NCBI GenBank assembly: GCA_050331735.1
Contig: JBHJGN010000029.1
Coordinates: 32,001 to 96,000, forward strand
Direction of reading: 5' to 3'
Length of the DNA stretch: 64,000 nucleotides
Source of the DNA: Cyanophyceae cyanobacterium
Lineage (GTDB): Bacteria > Cyanobacteriota > Cyanobacteriia > Cyanobacteriales > JBHJGN01
Made by a program: the position numbers and the translations under genes. Under the pieces are notes generated by a model. It worked only from the letters and a program-made list of their open reading frames with translations. It was not told where the DNA came from and searched no databases. Positions 32,120-44,631 of this stretch are shown here, one piece after another. The stretch's first letter is position 1. Each line of letters begins with the position of its first letter.

Positions 32120-32941
32120 ATGGAATTGCGTCAAAGTGCCTTAGATATACTCAAACAAACAAGTCGAACTTTTTATATTCCGATCAGCCGTCTCCCCTCA
32201 GACTTACTGGATGCGGTGGCCTCTGCCTACCTGTGTATGCGAGCACTCGATGAAATTGAAGATCATCCCACCTTAGATCGCTCTATCAAAGCCGAACTCC
32301 TGCGAACGATTAGCCTAAACCTTCAGGCCACCGCAGATAGCTCCGATGGCGATTTACCGGGATTCTTAGCATCAGGAGAGCCGCTAGAGCGCGATCAACT
32401 AGCTCAAGTCACCCTGCGCCTAGAAGAATGGGTTCATCTTGCCCCGTATACAATTGCGCCGCGCATCTGGGATGCAACGGCGGCGATGGCCGATCGCATG
32501 GCTTACTGGGCTGAGACGAACTGGAATATTTCTACCCAAAGCGATTTAGATCGCTATACGTTCAGCGTTGCTGGAGCCGTTGGTTTGTTGCTTTCGGATC
32601 TGTGGGCTTGGTATGATGGCACCCTTACAAATCGCACTCATGCCGTTGGTTTTGGCCGCGGGTTGCAGGCCGTTAATATTCTTCGGAACCATCAAGAAGA
32701 CCGCTCTCGGGGCGTTGATTTCTTTCCCGACGGCTGGTCTACAGACACGATGCATCGTTATGCTCGTCAAAACTTAGCCTTGGCAGATTCCTATACTCAA
32801 GCTCTGCCATCCGGTCCTGCCCGCAGTTTTTGCCAAATTCCTCTAGCTTTAGCTCACGCCACCCTAGATGTTCTCGCTCTTGGCAAAGATAAGCTCAGCC
32901 GTCGGGACGTAATTGCTCTAGTCGAACAAGTATCGCGGTAG
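32120..32941 (+). CDS. Squalene/phytoene synthase family, probably squalene synthase
   Basis: SRTF, DEIED, VAGAVG, LQAVNILR. Confidence 0.88.
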   Translation: MELRQSALDILKQTSRTFYIPISRLPSDLLDAVASAYLCMRALDEIEDHPTLDRSIKAELLRTISLNLQATADSSDGDLPGFLASGEPLERDQLAQVTLRLEEWVHLAPYTIAPRIWDATAAMADRMAYWAETNWNISTQSDLDRYTFSVAGAVGLLLSDLWAWYDGTLTNRTHAVGFGRGLQAVNILRNHQEDRSRGVDFFPDGWSTDTMHRYARQNLALADSYTQALPSGPARSFCQIPLALAHATLDVLALGKDKLSRRDVIALVEQVSR

Positions 32942-32956
32942 GGAAACTAACAGTCA

Positions 32957-32986
32957 AAAGCAGTCTGTATTCGTACAGACTGCTTT
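32957..32986. terminator. Bidirectional terminator between the synthase gene and groEL
   Basis: Perfect 13-bp stem AAAGCAGTCTGTA-TTCG-TACAGACTGCTTT. Confidence 0.8.
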
Positions 32987-33030
32987 CTAAAGTTGACAAA
33001 TTGACAAGAATGGCAAGGGGGATGCCAGCA

Positions 33031-34719
<1,689 letters not shown>

Positions 34720-34748
34720 TCAGTTCCGTTGTCGCTTCATTAGCAAAT

Positions 34749-34775
34749 TTAGCACTCTTATCTCGAGAGTGCTAA
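34749..34775. promoter_or_regulatory. CIRCE (HrcA operator)
   Basis: Perfect TTAGCACTC-N9-GAGTGCTAA upstream of groEL. Confidence 0.97.
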
Positions 34776-34808
34776 CTAGATGCTAAAGGTTAATTACCGT
34801 ACCGTCAG

Positions 34809-34824
34809 ATGCGGATTTCCGAAC
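34809..34824 (-). promoter_or_regulatory. K-box-like element
   Basis: Minus strand GTTCGG-AAAT-CCGCAT versus cyanobacterial chaperone K-box GTTCGG-NNAN-CCNNAC. Confidence 0.65.
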
Positions 34825-34835
34825 CAAAGCGCCGC

Positions 34836-35024
34836 AGGCGCGGGGAAAGAGCAAGGGGAAGGCAGCGATCGCTGTGGGAAAAGGGTAAGGGGGAAAGGAA
34901 GTAATTAGTACTTTTGTTCCTTAACCCTATGTTCTTTGCCCGTCGCGGAGCGACAAATTTCCCGTTCCCCTTTCCCCGTTCCGCAGGAACAGTTTTCCCC
35001 TTCCCCGTCCCACCGGGACATCCC

Positions 35025-35026
<2 letters not shown>
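34836..35026. repeat. Dispersed MITE/REP-like repeat, copy 1
   Basis: Shares termini, core and mini-hairpins with 45902-46032 and 47594-47792. Confidence 0.85.
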
Positions 35027-35807
<781 letters not shown>

Positions 35808-36026
35808 TTACTGTACAGGTTCCAAGAAATTTGCACTAAGATCAAGCTAGACACAGTTGATTTTCCCACGGCTTCAAGAGTGGCGGGAGTTGGGGACAAG
35901 GGAGGAGCGGCTTCATCTCCCCTCAAGCTGTGCAATGCTTACTGAAGCTTTTAATGATAAGTAAGGTTGACAAGTGAATTCTTCTTGGTCTGCTTGCTCA
36001 TTCCCAACAGCTCATGACTAATTTTT

Positions 36027-36344
36027 ATGGCAGTTAAAAAAAGATTTTCTAGTTTTTCTGACCTTCTCAACGACTCTGATTCACCTGTACTTGTCGATTT
36101 TTATGCGACCTGGTGCGGTCCGTGTCAAATGATGGCTCCCATCTTAGAGCAGGTCAAGGCTCATTTTGGAAGCCAGTTAAAAGTAGTTAAAGTAGATACA
36201 GACAAATACCCAGCTTTGGCCTCCCAGTATCAAATTCAGGCTCTACCGACTCTAGTGCTTTTCAAAAATGGTCAGCCAGTAGAGCGAATTGAAGGCTTAT
36301 TGCAGGCTCCTCAGTTAATTCAGCACCTGCAAGGAATGCTGTAG
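36027..36344 (+). CDS. trx: Thioredoxin
   Basis: WCGPC active site. Confidence 0.95.
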   Translation: MAVKKRFSSFSDLLNDSDSPVLVDFYATWCGPCQMMAPILEQVKAHFGSQLKVVKVDTDKYPALASQYQIQALPTLVLFKNGQPVERIEGLLQAPQLIQHLQGML

Positions 36345-36402
36345 GGAATTGGGGCAGGAGGTCGCACTCGTCCTACCAGTGGTGCTGAGCGTGATAGGAT
36401 GA

Positions 36403-36432
36403 ATGAGACTGTGCTGCCTGCCAGGATGGTAA
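36403..36432 (+). CDS. Putative Cys-Cys leader peptide MRLCCLPGW
   Basis: ATG AGA CTG TGC TGC CTG CCA GGA TGG TAA in the cysH leader. Confidence 0.45.
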   Translation: MRLCCLPGW

Positions 36433-36590
36433 TGGCTAGGTAATGCCGGCACGGCGGAGAAGTCCGAGAAGAATGCATGGGCGCTCTCACACGCTACCAA
36501 CATCCGCTGCTGGGCGATTGGGGCAGTGGCAATGCCCAATTGCCTGCCTTTGCTAGCCCTCGCTTTCCGTTATCAACATGAGAAATCAGC

Positions 36591-37406
36591 ATGACACATC
36601 TGAAATTGTTTGACTCTCAGTTCACGCAACAACAGGATTTGGTCCAGGAGTCACCAACAAACAGAGTCTCAACCGAACTCACCCTTGATATTGTTAACCA
36701 ACAGCTAGCTCAGGCCACAGCCCCCCAAATTGTCGAGTGGGCGGTAGAAAACTTTGGAGATGAGTTAGTCATGACGACTAGCTTTGGGATTCAATCGGCG
36801 CTGATGCTGCACATGGTCACTCAGGTCGTCCCTGATATTCCCGTTATCTGGATTGATACCGGCTATTTACCAGCAGAAACCTATCAGTTTGCTGAGTCTC
36901 TCACCCAACGGCTCACCCTCAATCTCAAAGTCTATCAGTCTCCCCTCAGCCCAGCTCGCATGGAGGCTCTGTACGGCAAGCTTTGGGCCCAGGACAACGT
37001 CGAGGCCCTAAACCTCTACGATCAAATTCGTAAAGTAGAACCGATGCAGCGCGCCCTCCGCGAACTCAAGGCAACCGGATGGTTGGCTGGTCTGCGAAGA
37101 AATCAGACAGACCATCGCAAAACGTTGCCCTATGTCAGCCAGCAGGGAGAGCAGTACAAAATTTGCCCCATTCTGACCTGGAACGCCAAAGACATTTACG
37201 AATATCTCACGGCTCACGACTTGCCCTATCATCCCTATTTTGACCAAGGCTTTGTCTCAGTCGGAGACTGGCACTCTAGCCGTCCCCTTACCGCCGCAGA
37301 CGAAAACGAACGCGATACTCGCTTTCGCGGCATCAAGCAGGAATGTGGCATTCATCTTCCCTTAACACCTGAAGAAGCTCAGAGCCTAGATTCGAGTACG
37401 CTGTAG
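36591..37406 (+). CDS. cysH: Phosphoadenosine phosphosulfate reductase
   Basis: TSFGIQS, IDTGYL, RKVEP, ECGIH; lacks the Fe-S cysteines of APS reductases. Confidence 0.95.
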   Translation: MTHLKLFDSQFTQQQDLVQESPTNRVSTELTLDIVNQQLAQATAPQIVEWAVENFGDELVMTTSFGIQSALMLHMVTQVVPDIPVIWIDTGYLPAETYQFAESLTQRLTLNLKVYQSPLSPARMEALYGKLWAQDNVEALNLYDQIRKVEPMQRALRELKATGWLAGLRRNQTDHRKTLPYVSQQGEQYKICPILTWNAKDIYEYLTAHDLPYHPYFDQGFVSVGDWHSSRPLTAADENERDTRFRGIKQECGIHLPLTPEEAQSLDSSTL

Positions 37407-37440
37407 CGACCGGCGACCAGTGCCAGGAGCGCTATTGTGG

Positions 37441-37914
37441 TCACTGGTCACTGCCTTTTTGGGGGGCTACCTGAATCTCAATCGTGGCGGTTACTTCAGA
37501 ATGGAGCTTGACTTCGGCTTGATAGAATCCGGTTTCGCTGATATCCGGGAGGGTTATTCCGCGTCGGTCTACATCCTGGTTGGCATTTTCTTTAATGGCC
37601 TCGGCTACTTCTTGAGCAGTCACGGTACCGAAAATTGCTTTTCCTTCTCCTACCTGCTTGTGGATGACAAAGCGACCAATGGTTTCTAGCGCTGTCTTGC
37701 GAGATTCGGCTTGCTGCTTTTCGGCTAACAGTTGTTGTCGCTCTTTTTCCCGTCTTTGTTCTACTTGCTTCAGAATTCCTGGAGTGGCAATCACCGCCAC
37801 TCCCTGGGGAATTAAGTAGTTCCGAGCATAGCCTGGGGCAACTTCTACCAAGTCACCATTGCGACCTAGTTTACTAACGTCTCGATTCAGTACAACCTGT
37901 AAGCGCTTTGCCAT
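37441..37914 (-). CDS. rplI: 50S ribosomal protein L9
   Basis: [18 protein letters not shown]. Confidence 0.97.
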   Translation of the reverse strand: MAKRLQVVLNRDVSKLGRNGDLVEVAPGYARNYLIPQGVAVIATPGILKQVEQRREKERQQLLAEKQQAESRKTALETIGRFVIHKQVGEGKAIFGTVTAQEVAEAIKENANQDVDRRGITLPDISETGFYQAEVKLHSEVTATIEIQVAPQKGSDQ

Positions 37915-38149
37915 AACTTAGTTCATTCCTCTCTAGATTGTTGGTTTACAAAAGCGAAATTTGCCCAGTCTTAAATTATAAATAATATTTCGGCAGTTGA
38001 CCTAGAGCAGTCAGCAACGAAACTTGCCTCCATCGGGTTTGAAGAACGACTCCATAAAACCAGTTAAGCTTATCTTTCCCAAGTGCACTTGGAACCAGAG
38101 CTGACCGCACTTTGAGTAAGCTCAACTTTACGTTAGCCCATTGCTGGGG

Positions 38150-38923
38150 CTAAAACTGATCTTTTTTCCCCCGCAGGCGGCCAAACACTCTCACCGGATC
38201 GGTGCCGTTCATGGCAGACTGAATAGTGGCTGTATCCCAGCGGAGAAAAGGATTGGTGTCCTTTTCTAAACCCAACCAAGAGGGAACAGTAGGCTGCTCC
38301 TGAGTGCGAGCGGCTTTAACCTCCTCGTATCGAGTTTGTAGCTTGGAGTTTGTCGGCTCAACGCTCAGAGCAAACTGAAGGTTTTTCAAGGTGTACTCAT
38401 GGGCGCACCAAACGCGCGTTGAGTTGGGGAGCTGCCGTAGTTTAGTCAAGGAGTCGACCATTTGAGCCGGAGTGCCTTCAAAGAGACGACCGCAGCCGCC
38501 AGCAAATAGAGTATCGCCACAAAATAGTTCCCCCCAATCGTCTTTACCTACCGGAGGGAAGTAATAGGCAATATGAGCGCGAGTATGTCCGGGCACGAAA
38601 TACACCACGCCCTCGCGCTCGCCAAACTCGACGCGATCTCCCTCTCTCAAAAAGTGGGTTTGTCCAGGAATTCTGCCTCGGTCTTCTGCCCCTCCATAGA
38701 CAGAAAGTTGGGGAAAGCGTTTCAGGAGTTGCCGATTGCCGCCAACGTGGTCTGAGTGGTGATGGGTGTTAAAAATCGTGACGAGCTGAGCCCCCAACTT
38801 GTCTAAGCCCTGAAGCACTGGCTCAGGCTGAGCCGGATCGACAACAGCCGCCGTTCCAGATTCTGGGGCATAGAGTAAAAAAATGTAGTTGTCAGTGAGG
38901 GCCGGGAGTCGAATGACCTGCAT
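38150..38923 (-). CDS. gloB: Hydroxyacylglutathione hydrolase
   Basis: [31 protein letters not shown]. Confidence 0.95.
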   Translation of the reverse strand: MQVIRLPALTDNYIFLLYAPESGTAAVVDPAQPEPVLQGLDKLGAQLVTIFNTHHHSDHVGGNRQLLKRFPQLSVYGGAEDRGRIPGQTHFLREGDRVEFGEREGVVYFVPGHTRAHIAYYFPPVGKDDWGELFCGDTLFAGGCGRLFEGTPAQMVDSLTKLRQLPNSTRVWCAHEYTLKNLQFALSVEPTNSKLQTRYEEVKAARTQEQPTVPSWLGLEKDTNPFLRWDTATIQSAMNGTDPVRVFGRLRGKKDQF

Positions 38924-39176
38924 GATTTTGATTGTTGTGACTATTGATTATTTTATCTCCAGAGGAAATGGCCTTTAGGTGTAGCAAAATGCGGAGGGAA
39001 ATGCCAAACTAGAAGCGACCAAAATCCCAGTTCGGCTGCAATCAGCTCGAGCAACTCCCTGGATCACAGCGCAGCGGGAAGCGCTGTGGCTAAAAGGGTA
39101 ATAACCGCCATCCGCAGCCAGAGCCTCCCTGAGAGTCAATTAGGCTGTAACGAGATCAAACAGCGCGAGAAAAAGA

Positions 39177-40367
39177 TTGAACCTACCTGAGCATCGACGG
39201 CTAAAAATTTCCCTAATCGTGAGCGACCTGTCCGGCAAAGGTTCTGGTCGATGGGGCGGAGCCGTCCGTCCCTTTCTGCTGGCGCAAGCCCTGGAAAAAC
39301 TGGGGCTCGAGGTGGAAATGTTGGGAGTTGCCTTTGATGACGATACTCCCGTATCAACCACAATTCCTACGATTTCTTTTCCCTGTCAGTACCATTCTGG
39401 TTTTTTGCGAGCGGCTCGCCACCTGATTCAAAGTATTAGTGGCGAAATTGTCTATGCCGTCAAGCCCAAAATGACCAGCTTTGGGGTTTCTTTAGTCAAA
39501 AAGCTGCTCAGCCAGCGCTCGCTAATTCTCGACATCGACGACTGGGAAATGAGTTGGCACGGCGGTGATCGCTGGCAGTATCGCCCTAGCTTGGCAGACC
39601 TAGCTAGAGATACGCTCAAACCCGATGGAGCTTTACGGTTTCCCGATCATCCCCTGTACTTAAAATGGCTCGAAAATCTCGTTCCCTACGCCGATGCTGT
39701 CACCACTCATTCTCAGTTTCTTCAAAAGCGCTTTGGCGGAGTCTATGTTCCTAACGGCAAAGACACGGAGCTGTTTTCTCCACAGCGCTACGATCCCCAA
39801 GTCAGCCGCGCTCAGTACGGACTGGCTGATTACCGCGTTCTCATGTTTCCGGGAGCGCCACGACCTTACAAAGGTTTAGAAGACGTTCTGCTAGCTCTGG
39901 AGCAGCTCAATCAGCCAGACTTAAGACTGGTAATTGTCGGTGGCAGTCCCTACGACGACTACGACGCTCACCTCGCTCAACGATGGGGCCAATGGATTGT
40001 TCAGCTTCCCAAACAGCCGGTGCAGTCGATGCCAGCCGTGGTGTCTGCGGCTCACATTGTGGTGGTGCCGCAGCGAGATGTCCCGGCAGCGATCGCTCAA
40101 TTCCCGCTGAAGCTGACGGACGGGATGGCCATGGCTAAACCGGTTTTAGCCACGCGCATCGGCGACATTCCTGATATATTGGCTGACACAGGGTATTTGG
40201 TCGAGCCAGAATCTCCTGGTCAGATCGCCGAGCAGATTCAGCAGATCTTTAAGCATCTCGATGAAGCCAATGACAAAGGTGAACGAGCCAGACAACGCTG
40301 TATTGAACACTACAGTATCGAGAGAATGGCAAACATTCTTTCTGAGGTCGTTTTTTCCCGCACATAA
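39177..40367 (+). CDS. Glycosyltransferase family 4
   Basis: VPNGKD, KGLED and FPLKLTDGMAMAKPVLAT motifs. Confidence 0.9.
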   Translation: MNLPEHRRLKISLIVSDLSGKGSGRWGGAVRPFLLAQALEKLGLEVEMLGVAFDDDTPVSTTIPTISFPCQYHSGFLRAARHLIQSISGEIVYAVKPKMTSFGVSLVKKLLSQRSLILDIDDWEMSWHGGDRWQYRPSLADLARDTLKPDGALRFPDHPLYLKWLENLVPYADAVTTHSQFLQKRFGGVYVPNGKDTELFSPQRYDPQVSRAQYGLADYRVLMFPGAPRPYKGLEDVLLALEQLNQPDLRLVIVGGSPYDDYDAHLAQRWGQWIVQLPKQPVQSMPAVVSAAHIVVVPQRDVPAAIAQFPLKLTDGMAMAKPVLATRIGDIPDILADTGYLVEPESPGQIAEQIQQIFKHLDEANDKGERARQRCIEHYSIERMANILSEVVFSRT

Positions 40368-40392
40368 AGATTGATTTTCAGCTCGCACTCGT

Positions 40393-42438
40393 ATGTCCTC
40401 CAACCAACTCCTTCTCAAATACGCTGCCAAGTATCCTTGGTTGATTCTGCTGACAATTGTTCTCGGAACGGCTGGAGCTCTGTTTAACGGAGTCGGAACG
40501 GTGTTAATTGTGCCGATTCTGCTCGAATTTTTAGGGGAAGAGGCACTCAATCCAGAAAGAATGCCAGCGCTCCTGCAACAGCTACTATCTCTGTTTGATA
40601 GTTTTTCGGGTGATGCTCGGTTACTGGCCATGCTTGGAGCGGTCATATTACTCATTATTTTTAAGAACTTAACGACCTACTTTAGTAGTCTTTCGGGAGG
40701 ATATTTATCTCGGGCTTTAGTCAATGAAATTCGCTTAGAAGGGCTGCAAATGCTTTTGGATGTCGATATCGATTTTTACTCAAAAAGTAAGATCGGAGAC
40801 ATTGTTAATCGACTGGGAGGGGAAACGAGTAAAGCGGCATCGGCCATTCGTTTGGGCGTAGAAACAATTAACACTGCCATCACAATTCTGACGTTTCTGG
40901 GGCTGCTGCTATTTTTGTCTTGGCAAATTACCCTCATTACTACTTTTCTGTTGCTAGTGGTTGCTTTTCTCAATCGTTACTTTATTAGAAAAGCACGATT
41001 ATACGGAAGGATTGTCCGTGATAAATCGCGAGATTATTCCAATCAGCTCCTCGAAATCCTCACGGGAATTCGCTTAATTAAATCCGTTGGGTATGAAGAC
41101 AAAGAATATCAAGAAATTCGACAGCTCGTGATCGAGCGGGAGATGGCTCAATTTCAGGCCCAGATTGTTAGCGCCATGGTGTCTCCCGTCAACGAGATCG
41201 CCGGAATCTTGATTGTGCTTTCGATTGCCATCCTAGGTCGCTACTTGTTTTACGAGCAGCTCCAGGCACTAACAACCGCGCTGCTGACCTATTTGCTGGC
41301 GCTGTTTAGACTGATGCCCTATATCGGGAAGCTCAATCAAGCGCGCAGTCAATTTGCCAATGCGGCCCCTAGCGTTGAGGTGGTGGAAGAGTTCCTGCGG
41401 CGAGAGGATAAACCGTTGATGGTAAAAAATAGTGCTCTGTACAAACCGCTCCAGGAGTGTATTGAATTTAGGAACGTCAGTTTTGCCTATCCGGGGCATC
41501 AAGGTCTGGTACTGAAAGACCTGAACGTGCTCATCCCAAAAGGTAAATCTATTGCTCTTGTAGGGGCTTCTGGTGCAGGAAAATCGACGGTGGCAGATTT
41601 ACTGCCCAGGTTTTATGACCCGACGAACGGTCAAATTACTTTTGATGGTCGGGATGTACGAGAATTTGGCATCAATTCCCTGCGAAGAGCGATGGGCATT
41701 GTTAGTCAGGATACTTTTTTGTTCAACAACTCAGTGCGCTACAACATTGCCTACGGGATGGACGAAGTCGGTGAAAGTGAAATTATCGAAGCGGCGAAGC
41801 GAGCCAACGCCTATGAATTTATTGTGCAGCTCCCTCAAGGCTTTGATACGGAAATTGGCGATCGCGGCGTGATGCTGTCTGGAGGGCAGCGACAGCGACT
41901 GGCGATCGCCCGCGCCCTGCTGCGCAATCCGGATGTGTTAATCTTAGATGAAGCCACCAGTGCCCTCGATACTGTATCCGAGCGCCTCGTCCAGCAAGCC
42001 ATCGACGAACTCTGCCGCGATCGCACTACTCTCGTGATTGCCCACCGACTCTCGACCGTTCAGAACGCTCATCAAATTGTTGTGTTAGATCGAGGACACA
42101 TTGTCGAAGTCGGCAACCATCAGGAACTGCTCGCTCGCGGAGGCTATTATTCTCGTCTCTATTCCATGCAGTTTGCCAACTCAGCCAAGCCAGAAGAGAG
42201 CGTTGATGATGCTCAGCTCAAAAGCTTCTACAAATCTCAAATGCATCTTTCCTATAACGCTCGTACCAGCCTGAGTTCTATGCTGGGGTCTTTACGCCTA
42301 GTCGCCGACGGGTTAGTAGATACTTCAGAAGAACGGCTAGAGTTACTTGAGGAATCTTATATCAGCGCAGTTCGTCTGCTCAACTCCATCGAGCGCTTTG
42401 AAAAAAACACTCATCATTTTTTCCTCGACTGTAAATAA
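40393..42438 (+). CDS. ABC exporter (HepA/MsbA-like TMD+NBD) with C-terminal extension
   Basis: Multi-TM domain, GASGAGKST, LSGGQRQR, DEATSALD; about 85 extra C-terminal residues. Confidence 0.92.
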   Translation: MSSNQLLLKYAAKYPWLILLTIVLGTAGALFNGVGTVLIVPILLEFLGEEALNPERMPALLQQLLSLFDSFSGDARLLAMLGAVILLIIFKNLTTYFSSLSGGYLSRALVNEIRLEGLQMLLDVDIDFYSKSKIGDIVNRLGGETSKAASAIRLGVETINTAITILTFLGLLLFLSWQITLITTFLLLVVAFLNRYFIRKARLYGRIVRDKSRDYSNQLLEILTGIRLIKSVGYEDKEYQEIRQLVIEREMAQFQAQIVSAMVSPVNEIAGILIVLSIAILGRYLFYEQLQALTTALLTYLLALFRLMPYIGKLNQARSQFANAAPSVEVVEEFLRREDKPLMVKNSALYKPLQECIEFRNVSFAYPGHQGLVLKDLNVLIPKGKSIALVGASGAGKSTVADLLPRFYDPTNGQITFDGRDVREFGINSLRRAMGIVSQDTFLFNNSVRYNIAYGMDEVGESEIIEAAKRANAYEFIVQLPQGFDTEIGDRGVMLSGGQRQRLAIARALLRNPDVLILDEATSALDTVSERLVQQAIDELCRDRTTLVIAHRLSTVQNAHQIVVLDRGHIVEVGNHQELLARGGYYSRLYSMQFANSAKPEESVDDAQLKSFYKSQMHLSYNARTSLSSMLGSLRLVADGLVDTSEERLELLEESYISAVRLLNSIERFEKNTHHFFLDCK

Positions 42439-42486
42439 GCTTGCTTTCTGGCTCAGGCTCACCGCTGCGGGAACCCATGCCCCCAT

Positions 42487-43224
42487 CTAAACAGTCGCCG
42501 GAGTATTGGCAGATAATTCCTCTTTACTGGGCAGTTCTAAACAGTACCCCGCACCATAAACCGTTTTGATGTAGCGAGGGCGGCGCGGGTCGGGTTCTAG
42601 CTTCGTTCTTAAGTGTCGAACGTGAACCCGAATGGTTTCGATATCATCATCCGGATCGTATCCCCAAACCTCTTTGAGAATCTCGCTGGGGGATACGGTT
42701 TGTCCGTGTCGCTGCAATAAGCAATGCAGTAGCTCAAATTCAAGGTGTGTTAGCTTAACGGTGTTTTCAAACCAAATCGCCTCAAACCGTTCTGGAATAA
42801 GAGTCAAAGGACCATAATTAAGAATTTCTGTATGTTTAGCTGCTTGAGGGATACGTTCGGTTCGTCGCAGTAAAGCCCTCACTCTCGCTAGCATTTCTTC
42901 AACTTCAAACGGCTTGGTTAAATAGTCGTCTGCCCCAGCGTTGAAGCCTTCTACTTTGTCCTGAGTTTGTCCTAAAGCCGTCAGCATCAGTACGGGAATA
43001 TCCGCTGTGCGCTCATCCCGACGGAGACGTTGACAAACAGTAAAACCATCTACGTGAGGCAGCATTAAGTCTAGCATGACCAGGTCGGGCTGTATCTGTA
43101 CGGCGAGTGCCTGTCCCTTAATGCCGTCTTCAGCTTGACTTACGTCGTATCCAGCCATCTCCAAGTTGATAGAGAGGAGTTCTGAAATTGCGGGGTCGTC
43201 GTCGATTACCAAGATTCGGGGCAT
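42487..43224 (-). CDS. rpaA: OmpR-family response regulator RpaA
   Basis: [29 protein letters not shown] and [11 protein letters not shown] are characteristic of RpaA. Confidence 0.93.
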   Translation of the reverse strand: MPRILVIDDDPAISELLSINLEMAGYDVSQAEDGIKGQALAVQIQPDLVMLDLMLPHVDGFTVCQRLRRDERTADIPVLMLTALGQTQDKVEGFNAGADDYLTKPFEVEEMLARVRALLRRTERIPQAAKHTEILNYGPLTLIPERFEAIWFENTVKLTHLEFELLHCLLQRHGQTVSPSEILKEVWGYDPDDDIETIRVHVRHLRTKLEPDPRRPRYIKTVYGAGYCLELPSKEELSANTPATV

Positions 43225-43339
43225 TTATAGAAATGTAATAGCTTTTCAGGTTTACAAAAATTAATTAAATTTAAGCTGATATAAATACTCTGTAACGATT
43301 ATAAACATGAATCTTTAAATTATTCTAGAGCACCCAGTT

Positions 43340-43529
43340 ACCGCCCGTAGTCGGATTGCACCTTAGCCTGACTTAGAGACCTAGTGCTAGAAGCAGCAAT
43401 CTTCTGAGGGTTGAGCCTGCGGCAGCACTGCCTCCCGTTCCCTCCAGGAGACTGTGAGAAGAGCGCTGTCGGGTGACTAGACCGCGCTAAGAGCCTCAGC
43501 CCGAGGTCAGTATCCCCGAACAGGACGGT
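43340..43529 (-). ncRNA. ssrS: 6S RNA
   Basis: About 190-nt rod with paired ends (ACCGUCC/GGGCGGU, UCGGG/UCCGA); G-U pairs favour the minus strand; resembles cyanobacterial 6S as recalled. Confidence 0.8.
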
Positions 43530-43697
43530 ATCATCAGTACCTAGCAAATTACCAAGGTCTTACCGTCAGATCTTAATGAGCTTAAAAAGTCTTAATGCCA
43601 ATTCTCATTAAATTCGTTTAATCTAAGCGTTTAGGCAGTTGTTACACTGGCTACAACTTTTGATATAGCAATTAACGATAAAGACAGGAATTTTAGC

Positions 43698-44414
43698 ATG
43701 AGTGTAGACTTGGCAACGATGTTGCGCGAAGGAACCAAAAAATCTCACACAATGGCAGAAAACGTCGGTTTCGTCCGGTGCTTCTTAAAAGGAGTGGTGG
43801 AAAAAAACTCCTATCGGAAGTTAGTGGCTAACTTTTACTTCGTCTATTCAGCCATGGAAGAGGAGATGGAGCGGCTGCGCGACCATCCAGTAGTGTCCAA
43901 AATTTACTTTCCCCAGCTCCACCGCCAGCATAGCCTCGAACAGGATTTGCAGTTTTACTATGGGACCAACTGGCAGCAAGAGATTTCCCTATCTCCCGCA
44001 GGAAAAGCCTACGTGGAGAGAATTAGAGAGGTGGCTAATTCTCACCCAGAACTGCTAGTAGCCCACTCCTACACTCGCTATTTAGGCGATCTATCAGGAG
44101 GACAAATTCTCAAAAATATTGCTCAAAAGGCGATGGGTCTGAGCGATGGCCGGGGAACGGCTTTTTACGAGTTTGCCACGATTACTGATGAGAAGGCGTT
44201 TAAGGAGCAGTATCGTCAAGCTCTCAACGAAATGCCCATTGATCGGGAAACGGCGCAGCGGATCGTGGATGAAGCTAATGATGCGTTTGCCCTGAATATG
44301 AAGCTATTCCAGGAGCTAGAAGGCAACCTCATCAAAGCTATCGGGCAAATGCTCTTTAATACTCTGACTCGCCGTCGCCGTCGCGGCAGTACTGAACTGG
44401 CAACAGCCGAATAG
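43698..44414 (+). CDS. ho1: Heme oxygenase 1
   Basis: REGTKKSHTMAE, YTRYLGDLSGGQ. Confidence 0.96.
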   Translation: MSVDLATMLREGTKKSHTMAENVGFVRCFLKGVVEKNSYRKLVANFYFVYSAMEEEMERLRDHPVVSKIYFPQLHRQHSLEQDLQFYYGTNWQQEISLSPAGKAYVERIREVANSHPELLVAHSYTRYLGDLSGGQILKNIAQKAMGLSDGRGTAFYEFATITDEKAFKEQYRQALNEMPIDRETAQRIVDEANDAFALNMKLFQELEGNLIKAIGQMLFNTLTRRRRRGSTELATAE

Positions 44415-44631
44415 ACAATTTAGCGCCCTTTCAATTTCGACAATCCTGAAAGCTGGGTTGCGGTTACCAACCAAATCGCTATCTAGTTCTCAGGATTGTT
44501 CGCTATTTGTCGGCGGCTTGGAGCAAGTGCAAAAACAGCCCAGGGGAGATCCATCTGCTCTTTGAGCCAGCTCAATGTCACTATTCTGATTAACATGAAG
44601 GGAGATTGAGAACAACCACGACTAAAAACCC

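Noticed and set aside
36315..36539. 74-aa minus-strand ORF between trx and cysH
   Set aside because: No motif; region is better explained as the cysH leader
43338..43547. 69-aa minus-strand ORF
   Set aside because: Coincides with 6S RNA
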